Assembly: GCA_965205975.1 (NCBI GenBank)
Contig: OZ242195.1
Location: 144,202-208,201 of the forward strand
Source: Candidatus Latescibacterota bacterium
Lineage (GTDB): Bacteria; Latescibacterota; UBA2968
DNA length: 64,000 bases
Reading direction: 5' to 3'
A program made the translations under genes and the position numbers. The notes under the pieces are model-generated. The model saw only the letters and a list, made by a program, of their open reading frames with translations. It was not told the DNA's origin and ran no database searches. Positions 38,331 to 48,163 of this stretch are shown here, in pieces; the stretch's first letter is position 1; every line of letters starts with the position of its first letter.

Positions 38331-38341
38331 TGTTGAAGCGT

Positions 38342-41300
38342 TCAGGCTCTTTTTGCCACGGCCACAATCCGCTTTGTATATCCCGACAGGTCATCCATGA
38401 GCGAATATATGGTGGGCAGGATGACGAGGGTGAGGATAGTAGAGATCGAGAGGCCAGAGATAATGACCAGACCAATTGGGCCCCAACGCCTGGCATTGCC
38501 TTCGACGTTGCCGTAAATCATCGGAATAACCAGCGGCGTAAGCCCCAGAATGGTCGTGGTTGCGGTCATCAAAATGGGACGCAGGCGGTCCTGTCCGCCG
38601 CGCAAGATCGCATCTCTTCGATATAGCCCCTGCTTGCGATAGCGATTGATGTGGTCGATTAATACAATGCCGTTGTTGACCACAATGCCAAATAAAATGA
38701 GTAGCCCATAGGTCGCATTGCTGTCCAGCGCAATGCCGAATATGTAAAGTCCCAATGCGACGCCTATAAACGCGAAGCTGATAGAAAACATGATGGTAAA
38801 TGGATGGACATAAGATTCAAATAGGGAAGCCATGATCAGATAAATGAGCAAGGCAGCGAAGATCATGGTGAAATTTGTTTCGCCCTCTTCTGAAGCCATA
38901 TAGCGGAATCGTCGATCCATCTGCCAACTATACCCCTGGGGCAATGGGATGGCATCCATGCGGTCGCGCATTTCATAACCGACCGCTTGGACTTCCGATG
39001 CTTCCGTATTTGCGAACACGGTTACTGTTGACATCCGATCCTGACGTTCGATGGATTGGGGACCTTTGGTTAATTCAAAATCGGCCAGGCTGGCAAATGC
39101 AATCATAGTACCCCGGTTGTTTTCAAACGAGAGGGTTTTGAGCTGGTCCAGCGTGGCGCGGTCCTCTTCTCGCAGTTGCAGCGCGATATCGATTTCTCCA
39201 TCCGGCGTTTTGAATTTGCTATTTCCGCGTGCTCCCAATGCCGTGGCAACAGTTGAAGCTATTTGCTGAGGTGAAAGGCCGTATTGTTGCGCGCGTTCTC
39301 TCCTCACCGAGACCCTGATTTCTTCTGTGCCACTTTCCAGGCTGGTTTCCACGTCGTGAATGCCCTCAATATCGTCCATTCGCAGCCGGATATCTTCGGC
39401 TAAAATCGCCAGCACTTCGGGATTTCGCCCTTTGATTTCTACCCCGACGCCCGTGCCACTGCTGCCACCTCGCTGGAAGCCCGCCTTAAAACGCACGCCA
39501 GGGATGTCTTTGGGCAGCAAAGCACTTACCCGTTTTTTCACATCGTCTGTGCTAAGTGGGCTTTCTTCGACGGGTTTTAAGTACAGATAAATCCTATTGC
39601 CTCGCCGAGTGCTATATCGCGTTTTCATGGCTTCGATATCCAGTTCTTCCTTGTGTGGGAGAATAACGGTTTCAACCTGTTTGAATAGCGCGAGTGCGTC
39701 GTCAATATCGTATGTCCGCGGCATTTCCACTACATAGCCCACCATTCGGTCGGGTTGGTAACGATAGCGCTGTACTTCAATTTTGGTAAAGATGTATATG
39801 CCGCCAAAGAGGATAAATGTCGCAACGACAACGGTGGTCCAGCGATAGTGCAGCGTGGTGCTGATTACGCGCGTGTAAACGCCTTTGAGGCCGAGATGCC
39901 GAAACCGGAAATAGAGATAGCCGATTGTGGCGACAAATACGCCCAGCGCGACCCAGGCCAATATTGGCACGGTTGAAAGCCCGCCCAAAATCCACAGCGT
40001 ATTGTCTTTGAGCCAGGTGGCCGATTCGATAATGCCCTCCTGGTAAATGAGATACGCCGCGCCTGCGGCAAACAAAGTACCCAATCCAATTTTTAAAAAG
40101 AGATCAACTCGGGTACCCGCATTTGAAAATGCCCGGGAGCAGGCCAGCGGTATGAGTGTTAAAGCCACGCATAGTGCCGCTACGACTGCAATACATACGG
40201 TGATGGCAAAATCGCGCATCCACATTGTATTGTACGAGCCAGAAATAAAGATGAGGGGTACAAATACGCATATTGTCGTCAGTGCCGCCGCCAGTACGGG
40301 TATGCCGATTTCGCGGCTGCCTTCAATCGCTGCGGTTCTCGTGCCATCGCCTACATCAAAACGCCTGCGATAAATATTTTCCAGTGCCACGACCGCTGGA
40401 TCGACCAGCATTCCAATGGCGACCATCAGACCCATCATCGAGATCATGTTCAGCGTGATAGTCGAGCCAAATACTTGCCGCATTAGATACATGATCATAA
40501 AAACGCACAATACCGAAATGGGAATGGCGGATCCCACAATGAGCGTGCTGCGGAAGTTTCGCAAAAAAATAAAAATGATGCCAATAGCGAGCATGCCTCC
40601 CAGCATGGCGGATTGCCCCAGACTGGCGATGCCCCTTACCACGGCTTCTGATTGGTCTCGGCGCAAGTGCAATCGCAATTTGTCGCGCCCAATTTCATCT
40701 TGTAGAGCTTCTAACTCTGCCCGGACCAATCGGCAGGTTTCTACCAGATTGGCAGTCGAGGTTTTGCGAATTTCCATAGAGACCACATCGCGCCCGTCCA
40801 TGCGTTCAAAATATCGCTTTTCCGGATAGTCGTAACTCACTTTTGCCACATCTTTTATTTCCAGACCATTGGGAAGTGTGAGATCGCGTATTTGATCCAC
40901 TTCGTCAAATTCGCCTACTGCCCGAACGGCGAGGCGTTTGTCGCCTTCAGTGACATAACCGCCAGAAATGTTGATGTTGTTGGAGCGTATTGTTCTGTTG
41001 AGGGTGCGAATGTCCAGGCCATGGGCGTGCATGCGATTTTTATCGACATCGACTCTGAGTATTCTTTCATCGGCGCCTTCCATTTCGACATTGCCCACCC
41101 CGGGGATGCGTTGCAAGCGCGGCACGATCGTATTTTTATACACTGTGGCGAGTTCGGATTGATTATCGCCCAGCCAGACCATATTGTAGTCCAGAATTTC
41201 CCAATCAGACGAGTCCCATCTGCGCATCTCAATGCGTTCGAGGTCTTCAGGGAGTTGGTTCCGAACTTGATCGACGCGATCCCGAACCTGAATAGATTTG

Positions 41301-41608
41301 AGATCCATGTCGGTACCGTAGTCAAATTCGATGTACACATAACCCCGACTGCCATAGGATCGCGCGCGGAGTGATTCAACGCCGGGAATCGTGCCCAGTA
41401 TCTCTTCGATTGGCTTGGTAATTTTCTTTTCGATTTCTTCGGGAGATGACGAGGGATATGAAAAGCTCACATACATCCTGGGATACTGTAAGTCGGGTGC
41501 GTATTCGAGGGGCAATCTGAATAGGGAAATGAATCCCATGACTATGAGACTGAGCGCTACCATTACAGCAGTAATGGGTTTTTTAATCGCGTATTCCGAG
41601 AGTTTCAT
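38342..41608 (-). CDS. RND family efflux transporter permease (AcrB/HAE1-like, 12 TM)
   Basis: Length 1088 aa, with two large periplasmic loops and the characteristic TM4 region (GLMVAIGMLVDPAVVALENI). No adaptor or outer-membrane-factor gene is adjacent within the window. Confidence 0.85.
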   Translation of the reverse strand: MKLSEYAIKKPITAVMVALSLIVMGFISLFRLPLEYAPDLQYPRMYVSFSYPSSSPEEIEKKITKPIEEILGTIPGVESLRARSYGSRGYVYIEFDYGTDMDLKSIQVRDRVDQVRNQLPEDLERIEMRRWDSSDWEILDYNMVWLGDNQSELATVYKNTIVPRLQRIPGVGNVEMEGADERILRVDVDKNRMHAHGLDIRTLNRTIRSNNINISGGYVTEGDKRLAVRAVGEFDEVDQIRDLTLPNGLEIKDVAKVSYDYPEKRYFERMDGRDVVSMEIRKTSTANLVETCRLVRAELEALQDEIGRDKLRLHLRRDQSEAVVRGIASLGQSAMLGGMLAIGIIFIFLRNFRSTLIVGSAIPISVLCVFMIMYLMRQVFGSTITLNMISMMGLMVAIGMLVDPAVVALENIYRRRFDVGDGTRTAAIEGSREIGIPVLAAALTTICVFVPLIFISGSYNTMWMRDFAITVCIAVVAALCVALTLIPLACSRAFSNAGTRVDLFLKIGLGTLFAAGAAYLIYQEGIIESATWLKDNTLWILGGLSTVPILAWVALGVFVATIGYLYFRFRHLGLKGVYTRVISTTLHYRWTTVVVATFILFGGIYIFTKIEVQRYRYQPDRMVGYVVEMPRTYDIDDALALFKQVETVILPHKEELDIEAMKTRYSTRRGNRIYLYLKPVEESPLSTDDVKKRVSALLPKDIPGVRFKAGFQRGGSSGTGVGVEIKGRNPEVLAILAEDIRLRMDDIEGIHDVETSLESGTEEIRVSVRRERAQQYGLSPQQIASTVATALGARGNSKFKTPDGEIDIALQLREEDRATLDQLKTLSFENNRGTMIAFASLADFELTKGPQSIERQDRMSTVTVFANTEASEVQAVGYEMRDRMDAIPLPQGYSWQMDRRFRYMASEEGETNFTMIFAALLIYLIMASLFESYVHPFTIMFSISFAFIGVALGLYIFGIALDSNATYGLLILFGIVVNNGIVLIDHINRYRKQGLYRRDAILRGGQDRLRPILMTATTTILGLTPLVIPMIYGNVEGNARRWGPIGLVIISGLSISTILTLVILPTIYSLMDDLSGYTKRIVAVAKRA

Positions 41609-41864
41609 AAACAGACCTCAAAAAGATAAAAGTTGAAGTAAGAAGTGAGACGCGAATCTCAGTGTCATCCATCAGCAGCTAAGACGAATTTTGCTAAGTA
41701 ACCATTTACTTACTTATGGATAATATACAACATTTCATCACAAAAGCAACCGCAGTTTTTTAAAAATTTCACCATTACAGAAAAGACTTGCAAATTTGTT
41801 TCAATAGATATTTCATGCTGAAGTCTGGGCATAATCACACATTTACTTTCTAAAGGAGACTCCA

Positions 41865-42746
41865 ATGGGCAATCGGGTCAATCGCGCAGTTGAGTTGCTT
41901 TCAGAAGATCAACCGATCTATTATACAGGGGCACATACAGGGCATGTGCTTACGTTTGAACAGGGACAGAATGACGCCAGTACCTGGGCGGATTATATCA
42001 ATGTGGGTATGGAACACGGGGCTTTTAATCTGGGAGGGCTTGACGACTATATGCGCGGTCTGGTCAGCGGGGGACCTACAAATAGCGGGCACAGGACGCC
42101 CGCTGTTATTGTTGAAGCTCCTGTGGAGGGCGCGTCGGAAAATATTGTGCGCTACAATGCCTGGCAATTTCGGCAGATTCTCGCGCGCGGTGTACACGGC
42201 ATTTTGCTCTGTCAGGCGGAATCGCCCGATGCGATACGCGCTTTTGTCGAGTCGTGTCGCTATCCCATCAACAAAATCGGTGTTGGCCACGGCCTCAGTA
42301 CAGGTACGCGAGGCGTGGGGTCCGAATCGTCTGCAACAGCGATATGGGGGATTAGCCGCGATGAGTATATTCAGAAGGCAGATCCCTATCCGCTAAATCC
42401 CGATGGCGAACTGTTGCTGGGCATCAAGATTGAGAATGTGCGCGGTGCATCCAATATCGAACAGATTCTCAAGGTGCCCGGTATTGGGTTTGCCGAAATG
42501 GGTCCGGGCGATTTGAGTATGTCGATGGGGTATTTGCACCGTCCAACGCCTTTTTCTCCCGAAATGCAAGAGGTGAGGGATCGCGTGAAGGCCGCGTGTG
42601 CAGAAAACGGCGTTGCTTTTCTCGAGGGAGGTAGTCCCGAGACGGTTGCCGCAAAAATAGACGAGGGTGTGCGCGTGGTTTCCGGTGGCAGGGAAGAAAT
42701 CGCACGTGTTGGGCGCGAATATTCAGGCCGTCGCATGCCGGTTTAA
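41865..42746 (+). CDS. HpcH/HpaI aldolase / citrate-lyase beta family (PEP/pyruvate TIM-barrel) protein
   Basis: LLGIKIENVRGASNIEQILKVPGIGFAEMGPGDLSMSMGY is the family signature. AAGGAG RBS. Confidence 0.65.
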   Translation: MGNRVNRAVELLSEDQPIYYTGAHTGHVLTFEQGQNDASTWADYINVGMEHGAFNLGGLDDYMRGLVSGGPTNSGHRTPAVIVEAPVEGASENIVRYNAWQFRQILARGVHGILLCQAESPDAIRAFVESCRYPINKIGVGHGLSTGTRGVGSESSATAIWGISRDEYIQKADPYPLNPDGELLLGIKIENVRGASNIEQILKVPGIGFAEMGPGDLSMSMGYLHRPTPFSPEMQEVRDRVKAACAENGVAFLEGGSPETVAAKIDEGVRVVSGGREEIARVGREYSGRRMPV

Positions 42747-42781
42747 TAAAAAAATAGGGCTGTGCGATGTTTGCACAGCCC
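42747..42781 (-). terminator. rho-independent terminator of the MORN-repeat lipoprotein gene
   Basis: Stem gggctgtgc / gcacagccc with loop gatgttt, followed on the minus strand by TATTTTTTTATT. Confidence 0.65.
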
Positions 42782-42804
42782 CGAGTATTCGATTTAATAC
42801 GTGC

Positions 42805-43278
42805 TTAAAATGGATTGCCCTGGCGCGCCAGTTCAAATTTTCGCCAGCCGACTTGTTTGCCATTTTCGAACACTTTTTCCAGTGTGTAAAAGGAGGATGG
42901 GTCGTATTCTCGCCAGACGCCCGTTTTTTTATTTTTTAGGTATAGACCTTCTTCTTTTTTTACACCGTTTCTAAAATAAGATATCCAGTGTCCGTCTATT
43001 ACACCATTTGTCCAGTTGCCTTCTGTTTTTTTCTGTCCGTTGCTGTAAAATGTGATTTCAAGCCCGTCTTGCATGACGCCATTTTTGTATGTGCCCTGCC
43101 CGTGTACGTTGCCCGCGGCATCGTAATATGTCCAAACCCCAGTGCGGGCACCGCTGTCGTATTGCCCTTTTGCCACTACGCGGCCGTATTGTTTTATTTC
43201 CGTCTGTCCTTCAAATAGCGAGGGCATCTGACACCCGGCTGTTAGGATTCCCACGAGAAGAATTGTAATTTTGTTCAT
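42805..43278 (-). CDS. MORN-repeat-variant lipoprotein (YwqK-like antitoxin family fold)
   Basis: Lipobox LTAGC; repeated G-x-W-x-x-Y/F motifs (GVWTYYDAAGNV, GLEITFYSNGQK, GHWISYFRNGVK, GVWREYDPSS). AGGAG RBS. Confidence 0.65.
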   Translation of the reverse strand: MNKITILLVGILTAGCQMPSLFEGQTEIKQYGRVVAKGQYDSGARTGVWTYYDAAGNVHGQGTYKNGVMQDGLEITFYSNGQKKTEGNWTNGVIDGHWISYFRNGVKKEEGLYLKNKKTGVWREYDPSSFYTLEKVFENGKQVGWRKFELARQGNPF

Positions 43279-43511
43279 TTTTTACTCCTGTGTTGTTCTT
43301 TGGATATTTTATGTGATAAACTAATATACAAAACTGTTTTCATAAGGCAAAGACCGAAATGACAAATGATTCATTTAATACTTGTGAGTGTGCATAAATT
43401 GGACCTGACCTCAACTACAAAGCGATTGCACTCAACGACACCTTTATTGTTACCACCGTCCTCTCATAGTATTTTGTAAACAGTTCGCTTATCGTGGACA
43501 AAGAGTCCAAT

Positions 43512-44237
43512 ATGTTACTCATTGAACTGGGCCAACGCCTTCGCGCTCAGCGGGAACGCCTTGGCCTCAAGCAAAACGACGTTGCCAATGCCCTGCAGGT
43601 AAGTCCACAGGCCGTTTCCAAGTGGGAAAGGGGTGAAAACGGTCCCGACATTGCTACTCTGGGACCTCTTGCCAGATTGCTCGGCGTTTCGACGGACTGG
43701 CTTTTGGATGCACATGGCGAAAATCAAGATGTTTTTGATGCTACTATCTTTACCTCTACCGTCGTCGGTGCATATCAAAAATCATTACAAATGGAGGCGC
43801 GGGAGTTTGCAGCATGGGCAAATGGTATTTTGTTTCAACTGACCGAAGCTGTTTTGCGCCACGATGGCGTTCCGCTCAGATATATGGGTGACGCATTTTT
43901 GTGTTTTTTTTCCGGTGTTCACCATCAGCTTCGCGCTGCTCAAGCAGCGGCATTTTCCCAGCGGCTCATCAGCGAAGACCTGGTCATTGGTTTGAGCAGT
44001 GGTGAGATTTATTTGGGCGCAATGGGGCATCCCGATTACGCTCATCCCGATGTGACGGGAGAAGTGGTCAACATCGCGTTTATTGTTCGAGAATGGGCAG
44101 AAACAAATGTCCGCAAAGGAATTGCAGCAACGACATCTGTGTCGAACAATCTCGATGAAGTTTTTGATATTTCCCAACCCACAGAAATCAATTTTCGCGG
44201 CATTGAGACGCCCATCTCAATTTGTCAGATCAGATAG
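43512..44237 (+). CDS. XRE-family HTH fused to a class III nucleotidyl cyclase homology domain
   Basis: The N-terminus LGQRLRAQRERLGLKQNDVANALQVSPQAVSKWERGENGPDIATLGPLARLLGVSTDWLL is a Cro/C1 HTH. The C-terminus aligns to the cyclase core: VFDATIFTST (metal Asp), RYMGDAFLCFF (second Asp), GLSSGEIYLGAMG and DVTGEVVNIAF (Asn present, Arg shifted). An upstream GTG at 43494 is an alternative start. Confidence 0.6.
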   Translation: MLLIELGQRLRAQRERLGLKQNDVANALQVSPQAVSKWERGENGPDIATLGPLARLLGVSTDWLLDAHGENQDVFDATIFTSTVVGAYQKSLQMEAREFAAWANGILFQLTEAVLRHDGVPLRYMGDAFLCFFSGVHHQLRAAQAAAFSQRLISEDLVIGLSSGEIYLGAMGHPDYAHPDVTGEVVNIAFIVREWAETNVRKGIAATTSVSNNLDEVFDISQPTEINFRGIETPISICQIR

Positions 44238-44282
44238 GGGTGTTCCTTGTCCGCGTGTGCCAACCGAGAGAAAGGATAAAAT

Positions 44283-45734
44283 ATGGCCGATGTAGTGTTG
44301 CCCGATAGCGCGATTGATATTCAAATTCCCGATTATTCGCATCTGCCCTATAAAGTCGCCGATATGTCTCAGGCAGATTTTGGACGAAAAGAGATCACAA
44401 TTGCCGAGCAAGAGATGCCCGGTTTGATGGCTGTGCGCGAAAAATACGCAGATCAGAAACCTCTGAAGGGTGCCCGCATAATGGGTTCGCTTCACATGAC
44501 GATTCAGACCGCTGTGTTGATCGAGTCGCTCAGGGTGTTGGGGGCCGATGTGCGCTGGGCGTCGTGCAATATTTTTTCTACCCAGGACCACGCAGCCGCC
44601 GCTATTGCAGAAACGGGTACGCCGGTTTATGCGTGGAAGGGCGAGTCGCTGGAAGAATATTGGGAATGCACTTTGCAAGCACTCAATTTTGTGGAGGGTG
44701 GACCGACACTTATTGTCGATGATGGAGGAGATGCGACGTTGCTGGTTCACCGGGGGTATCAGGCTGAAGACGATCCTTCGATTCTCGATGAGCCAACCGA
44801 TAATCGCGAATTGGAGATTGTCAATGCCGTGCTGAGGCGGCAACTCGAGCGCGATCCGCGTTTTTGGCACAGTATGGCTGCGGATATTCAGGGCGTGTCA
44901 GAGGAGACTACAACAGGTGTTCACCGCCTGTATCAGATGCGGGATGACGGCACGCTTCTTTTTCCCGCGATCAATGTCAATGATTCGGTGACCAAATCGA
45001 AATTTGATAATCTCTATGGCTGCCGCGAATCGCTTGCCGACGGTATTAAGCGCGCGACGGATGTTATGGTCGCTGGCAAGGTCGTTTGCGTGTGTGGTTA
45101 CGGCGATGTGGGCAAGGGATGTGCCCAATCTATGCGGGGATTTGGCGCGCGTGTGTTGGTGACGGAGATCGATCCGATATGTGCTTTGCAGGCGGCGATG
45201 GAGGGTTTTGAAGTGACGACTGTGGAGGATGCCCTTTCCGAAGCCAATATTTTTGTTACGACGACGGGAAATACGGATATTATCCGCATTGAGCACATGG
45301 TAAATATGCTCGACCAATCCATTGTGTGCAATATCGGGCATTTTGACAATGAGATTCAGGTCGATAAGCTGGTCGATTATCCGGGTATTGTGCACGAAAA
45401 TATCAAGCCGCAGGTCGATAAATACACGTTTCCAGATGGGCAGGCGATTTTTTTGCTCGCGGAAGGCCGTCTGGTCAATCTCGGTTGTGCAACCGGGCAT
45501 CCTTCTTTTGTGATGTCCAATTCGTTTACCAATCAGGTGCTGGCGCAGATGGATCTGTGGGCACAACAACGCGAAGTCGGCGTTTATACGTTGTCCAAAC
45601 ACCTCGACGAGGAGGTTGCGCGCCTTCATCTTGAAAAACTGGGTGTAAAGTTGACCCAACTCACGCAGAAGCAGGCCGATTATATTGGCGTGTCTGTCGA
45701 AGGTCCGTATAAACCCGGTCATTACCGGTATTAA
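44283..45734 (+). CDS. ahcY: adenosylhomocysteinase
   Basis: [33 protein letters not shown] ... NAD-binding [33 protein letters not shown] ... C-terminal [11 protein letters not shown]. Length 483 aa. Confidence 0.9.
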   Translation: MADVVLPDSAIDIQIPDYSHLPYKVADMSQADFGRKEITIAEQEMPGLMAVREKYADQKPLKGARIMGSLHMTIQTAVLIESLRVLGADVRWASCNIFSTQDHAAAAIAETGTPVYAWKGESLEEYWECTLQALNFVEGGPTLIVDDGGDATLLVHRGYQAEDDPSILDEPTDNRELEIVNAVLRRQLERDPRFWHSMAADIQGVSEETTTGVHRLYQMRDDGTLLFPAINVNDSVTKSKFDNLYGCRESLADGIKRATDVMVAGKVVCVCGYGDVGKGCAQSMRGFGARVLVTEIDPICALQAAMEGFEVTTVEDALSEANIFVTTTGNTDIIRIEHMVNMLDQSIVCNIGHFDNEIQVDKLVDYPGIVHENIKPQVDKYTFPDGQAIFLLAEGRLVNLGCATGHPSFVMSNSFTNQVLAQMDLWAQQREVGVYTLSKHLDEEVARLHLEKLGVKLTQLTQKQADYIGVSVEGPYKPGHYRY

Positions 45735-45741
45735 CGATTAG

Positions 45742-45777
45742 GGGACTGGGAGCTTATCCCCAGTCCCAACCTTTTTT
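45742..45777 (+). terminator. rho-independent terminator after ahcY
   Basis: Stem gggactggg / cccagtccc with an 8-nt loop, followed by AACCTTTTTTA. Confidence 0.65.
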
Positions 45778-46656
45778 ATGCGATTTTTAGACTATTTTAC
45801 CGGCAATCAATCGGTCATTTCGTTTGAGATTTATCCGCCGCAGACGTCGGGTGGTATGCGCGCGCTCAAAGCGCGGGTTGTTCCCAATTTGCTCAAGCTG
45901 AATCCCAGCTATATGACGGTTACGTATGGCGCAGGTGGCTCGACACGCGCCAAGACGCTGGAGATTGCCTCGCTTATTCAGAATGAATTTGGGCTGACTG
46001 CGGCGTGTCATCTCACCTGTGTGGGGTCGTCCCGGACAGATATCGATGATATTTTGCAGGCGATTCGCGCAGAGGGTATCCGCAATATTGTTGCGCTTCG
46101 CGGCGATCCCCCGCGTGGCGAAGATACTTTTGTGCCCGCGAAGGATGGATTTGCTTATGGCAATGAGCTTGTGGCGCATATTCGCAGTACAGAACCGAAA
46201 GACGATGGGTTTGGGTTGGCTGTTGCGGGGTATCCCGAGAAACACCTCGAAGCGCCCGATTTTGATACGGATATTGCAAATTTGAAGCGGAAAGTTGAGT
46301 CAGGTGGGGATATTGTTATTACGCAGCTTTTTTATAATAACGATCACTTTTTTCGTTTTGTCGATCGCGTGCGTGCAGCCCATATCACAGCACCTGTTGT
46401 TCCGGGTCTGATGCCGATTCTCGCGGCGGGACAGATCCAGCGCATCGCATCTTTGTGTGGGGCTGAGATTCCGGGGGATTTGCAGGATCAACTCAAGGGG
46501 GCTGTGGATGATGAAGACAAGGCGATGAAAATTGGGGTAGATCAGTGCATCGAGCAGGCAACCGAATTGCTCGAACAGGGCGTGCCGGGTATTCACTTTT
46601 ACGTGCTGAACAAATCCACTCACATGCGCCGGATTATCAGCGCGCTTCCTCTCTAA
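45778..46656 (+). CDS. metF: 5,10-methylenetetrahydrofolate reductase
   Basis: SFEIYPPQTSGGMRAL ... VTYGAGGSTRAKTLEIASLIQNEFGLTAACHLTC ... ALRGDPP. No SD sequence precedes the ATG at 45778, so the start is tentative. Confidence 0.85.
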   Translation: MRFLDYFTGNQSVISFEIYPPQTSGGMRALKARVVPNLLKLNPSYMTVTYGAGGSTRAKTLEIASLIQNEFGLTAACHLTCVGSSRTDIDDILQAIRAEGIRNIVALRGDPPRGEDTFVPAKDGFAYGNELVAHIRSTEPKDDGFGLAVAGYPEKHLEAPDFDTDIANLKRKVESGGDIVITQLFYNNDHFFRFVDRVRAAHITAPVVPGLMPILAAGQIQRIASLCGAEIPGDLQDQLKGAVDDEDKAMKIGVDQCIEQATELLEQGVPGIHFYVLNKSTHMRRIISALPL

Positions 46657-47167
46657 GTGGAAATTTCTCAGTGATTAGCATAATTGGCTTTTTATTGGCG
46701 AGCACTCTGTAGGTGCGGCTGAGTAGTGGTTCCCCTTCAAGATGCGCAATGGCTTCCGGCAGATCCCGTGCGGTTTCACAGCAGCACCACAACAATTCAC
46801 GGCGGGTTTCCAGTCCGCTGTTTTGCAAAATCCCTCCCAATCCCGCAGGATCTGATTCCAATTCGTCCAAAATGCCTTTTGGCAAGTGTTGCGGTACAAT
46901 GAGGGATGTGGCATACGCCTGAATTTTTGGCGTATCTTTGCCGATTGAGGGCGTTTGTAGTACTGCTTGTCGTGCTATGACGTGTGCCCCTGCTGGCAGT
47001 TCAAGCCAGATATGTTCTGTGCAGAGCGTCTGTTCCGTCTGGTGGAGGATCGCGACTTCCACCGGCGCGAGTGTATAGGCTTCGATGAGTCTTGTGACGG
47101 TGCCGTCGGTGACGATTAATGCCCGCTGGAATGGCGTTAATTGCGCGATGTTGATTTCTCCAGACAT
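46637..47167 (-). CDS. hypothetical protein, chorismate-lyase (UbiC)/DUF98-like fold
   Basis: LIVTDGTVTRLIEAYT resembles the UbiC-family LxxxDGSxTxxLE motif. A GAAAGG RBS precedes the ATG at 47167. The longer ORF extending to 47254 is an alternative. The assignment is weak. Confidence 0.4.
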   Translation of the reverse strand: MSGEINIAQLTPFQRALIVTDGTVTRLIEAYTLAPVEVAILHQTEQTLCTEHIWLELPAGAHVIARQAVLQTPSIGKDTPKIQAYATSLIVPQHLPKGILDELESDPAGLGGILQNSGLETRRELLWCCCETARDLPEAIAHLEGEPLLSRTYRVLANKKPIMLITEKFPLREEAR

Positions 47168-47376
47168 CGCTGGCCTTTCGGCCTGTGCGACAAATATATT
47201 TTTTACGTGTGTGTCAATAAAGGTTGTCGAATTGAAAATTGAATCTGTCTTCATCGAGCTATTGTCCTTTCATATATACAGTCGTTGCGCAACGCACTTT
47301 AGACACATAAGGACAAAAAAAGTTCTGAAACATTGCATGTGTGATTCTAATCCGTTATTTTGATGGGAAGAGCGCA

Positions 47377-48141
47377 ATGAGAATAGTTACATGGAATGTA
47401 AATGGATTGCGGGCTGCACTTCGCAAGGGGTTTATGGATCATATTAAAACGCTAAACCCCGATGTGATCCTTTTGCAAGAAATTCGCGTTTTGCCCGAGC
47501 AACTATCTGCGAGAGAACGCAACCCCGAGGGATGGCATGTTATCTGGCATCCAGCCGAGCGCAAGGGCTATGCGGGTACAGCGGTATGGTCTCGTACGCC
47601 TTTAGGAGAAGAAGAACGCGGTGTGGGCGGGACCGATTCTGAAGGTCGGATTTTGCGGGTGAACACTCGAGGTATTCAATTCGTCAGTGTGTACCTGCCC
47701 TCGGGGTCATCCGGCGAGGAGCGCCAGGCGATCAAGGAGTGCTGGATGGATCGCTTTCGCCCCTGGGCCGATGGCCTGGTGAAAAAACGGGTTCCTACAA
47801 TTATGGGCGGTGATTTTAATATCGCGCATACCGAACGCGATATTTATTATGCTAAGAGCAATGAAAAAAATTCGGGTTTTTTGCCGCATGAACGCGCGTG
47901 GATGGGCGATTTCATCGCTTCTGGCTGGCGCGATTTTACGCGAGAACACTACGGCGATATTCAGGGTCCGTATTCCTGGTGGTCCAATCGGGGAAGAGCC
48001 AGGGAATTGGACCGAGGTTGGCGCATCGACTATTTGTTGGGTAATGCAGCCGCCGCAAAGCGCGTTCAATCTGCCCGTGTTGACCGCGAAGGCGGTTTGA
48101 CCATATCTGATCACGCACCGGTTGTTGTAGATTTGAAATAG
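47377..48141 (+). CDS. xth: exodeoxyribonuclease III (AP endonuclease)
   Basis: MRIVTWNVNGLRA ... VILLQEIRV ... GGDFNIAHTERDI ... WRIDYLL ... ISDHAPVVVDL. Confidence 0.9.
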   Translation: MRIVTWNVNGLRAALRKGFMDHIKTLNPDVILLQEIRVLPEQLSARERNPEGWHVIWHPAERKGYAGTAVWSRTPLGEEERGVGGTDSEGRILRVNTRGIQFVSVYLPSGSSGEERQAIKECWMDRFRPWADGLVKKRVPTIMGGDFNIAHTERDIYYAKSNEKNSGFLPHERAWMGDFIASGWRDFTREHYGDIQGPYSWWSNRGRARELDRGWRIDYLLGNAAAAKRVQSARVDREGGLTISDHAPVVVDLK

Positions 48142-48163
48142 CTAATATACACAGGAGATTTCT

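Noticed and set aside
44238-45777. Possible SAH or SAM riboswitch upstream of ahcY or metF
   Set aside because: The ahcY leader is only 45 nt and lacks the SAH-riboswitch conserved blocks. The ahcY-metF spacer is a simple terminator hairpin, so no riboswitch-like structure is supported.
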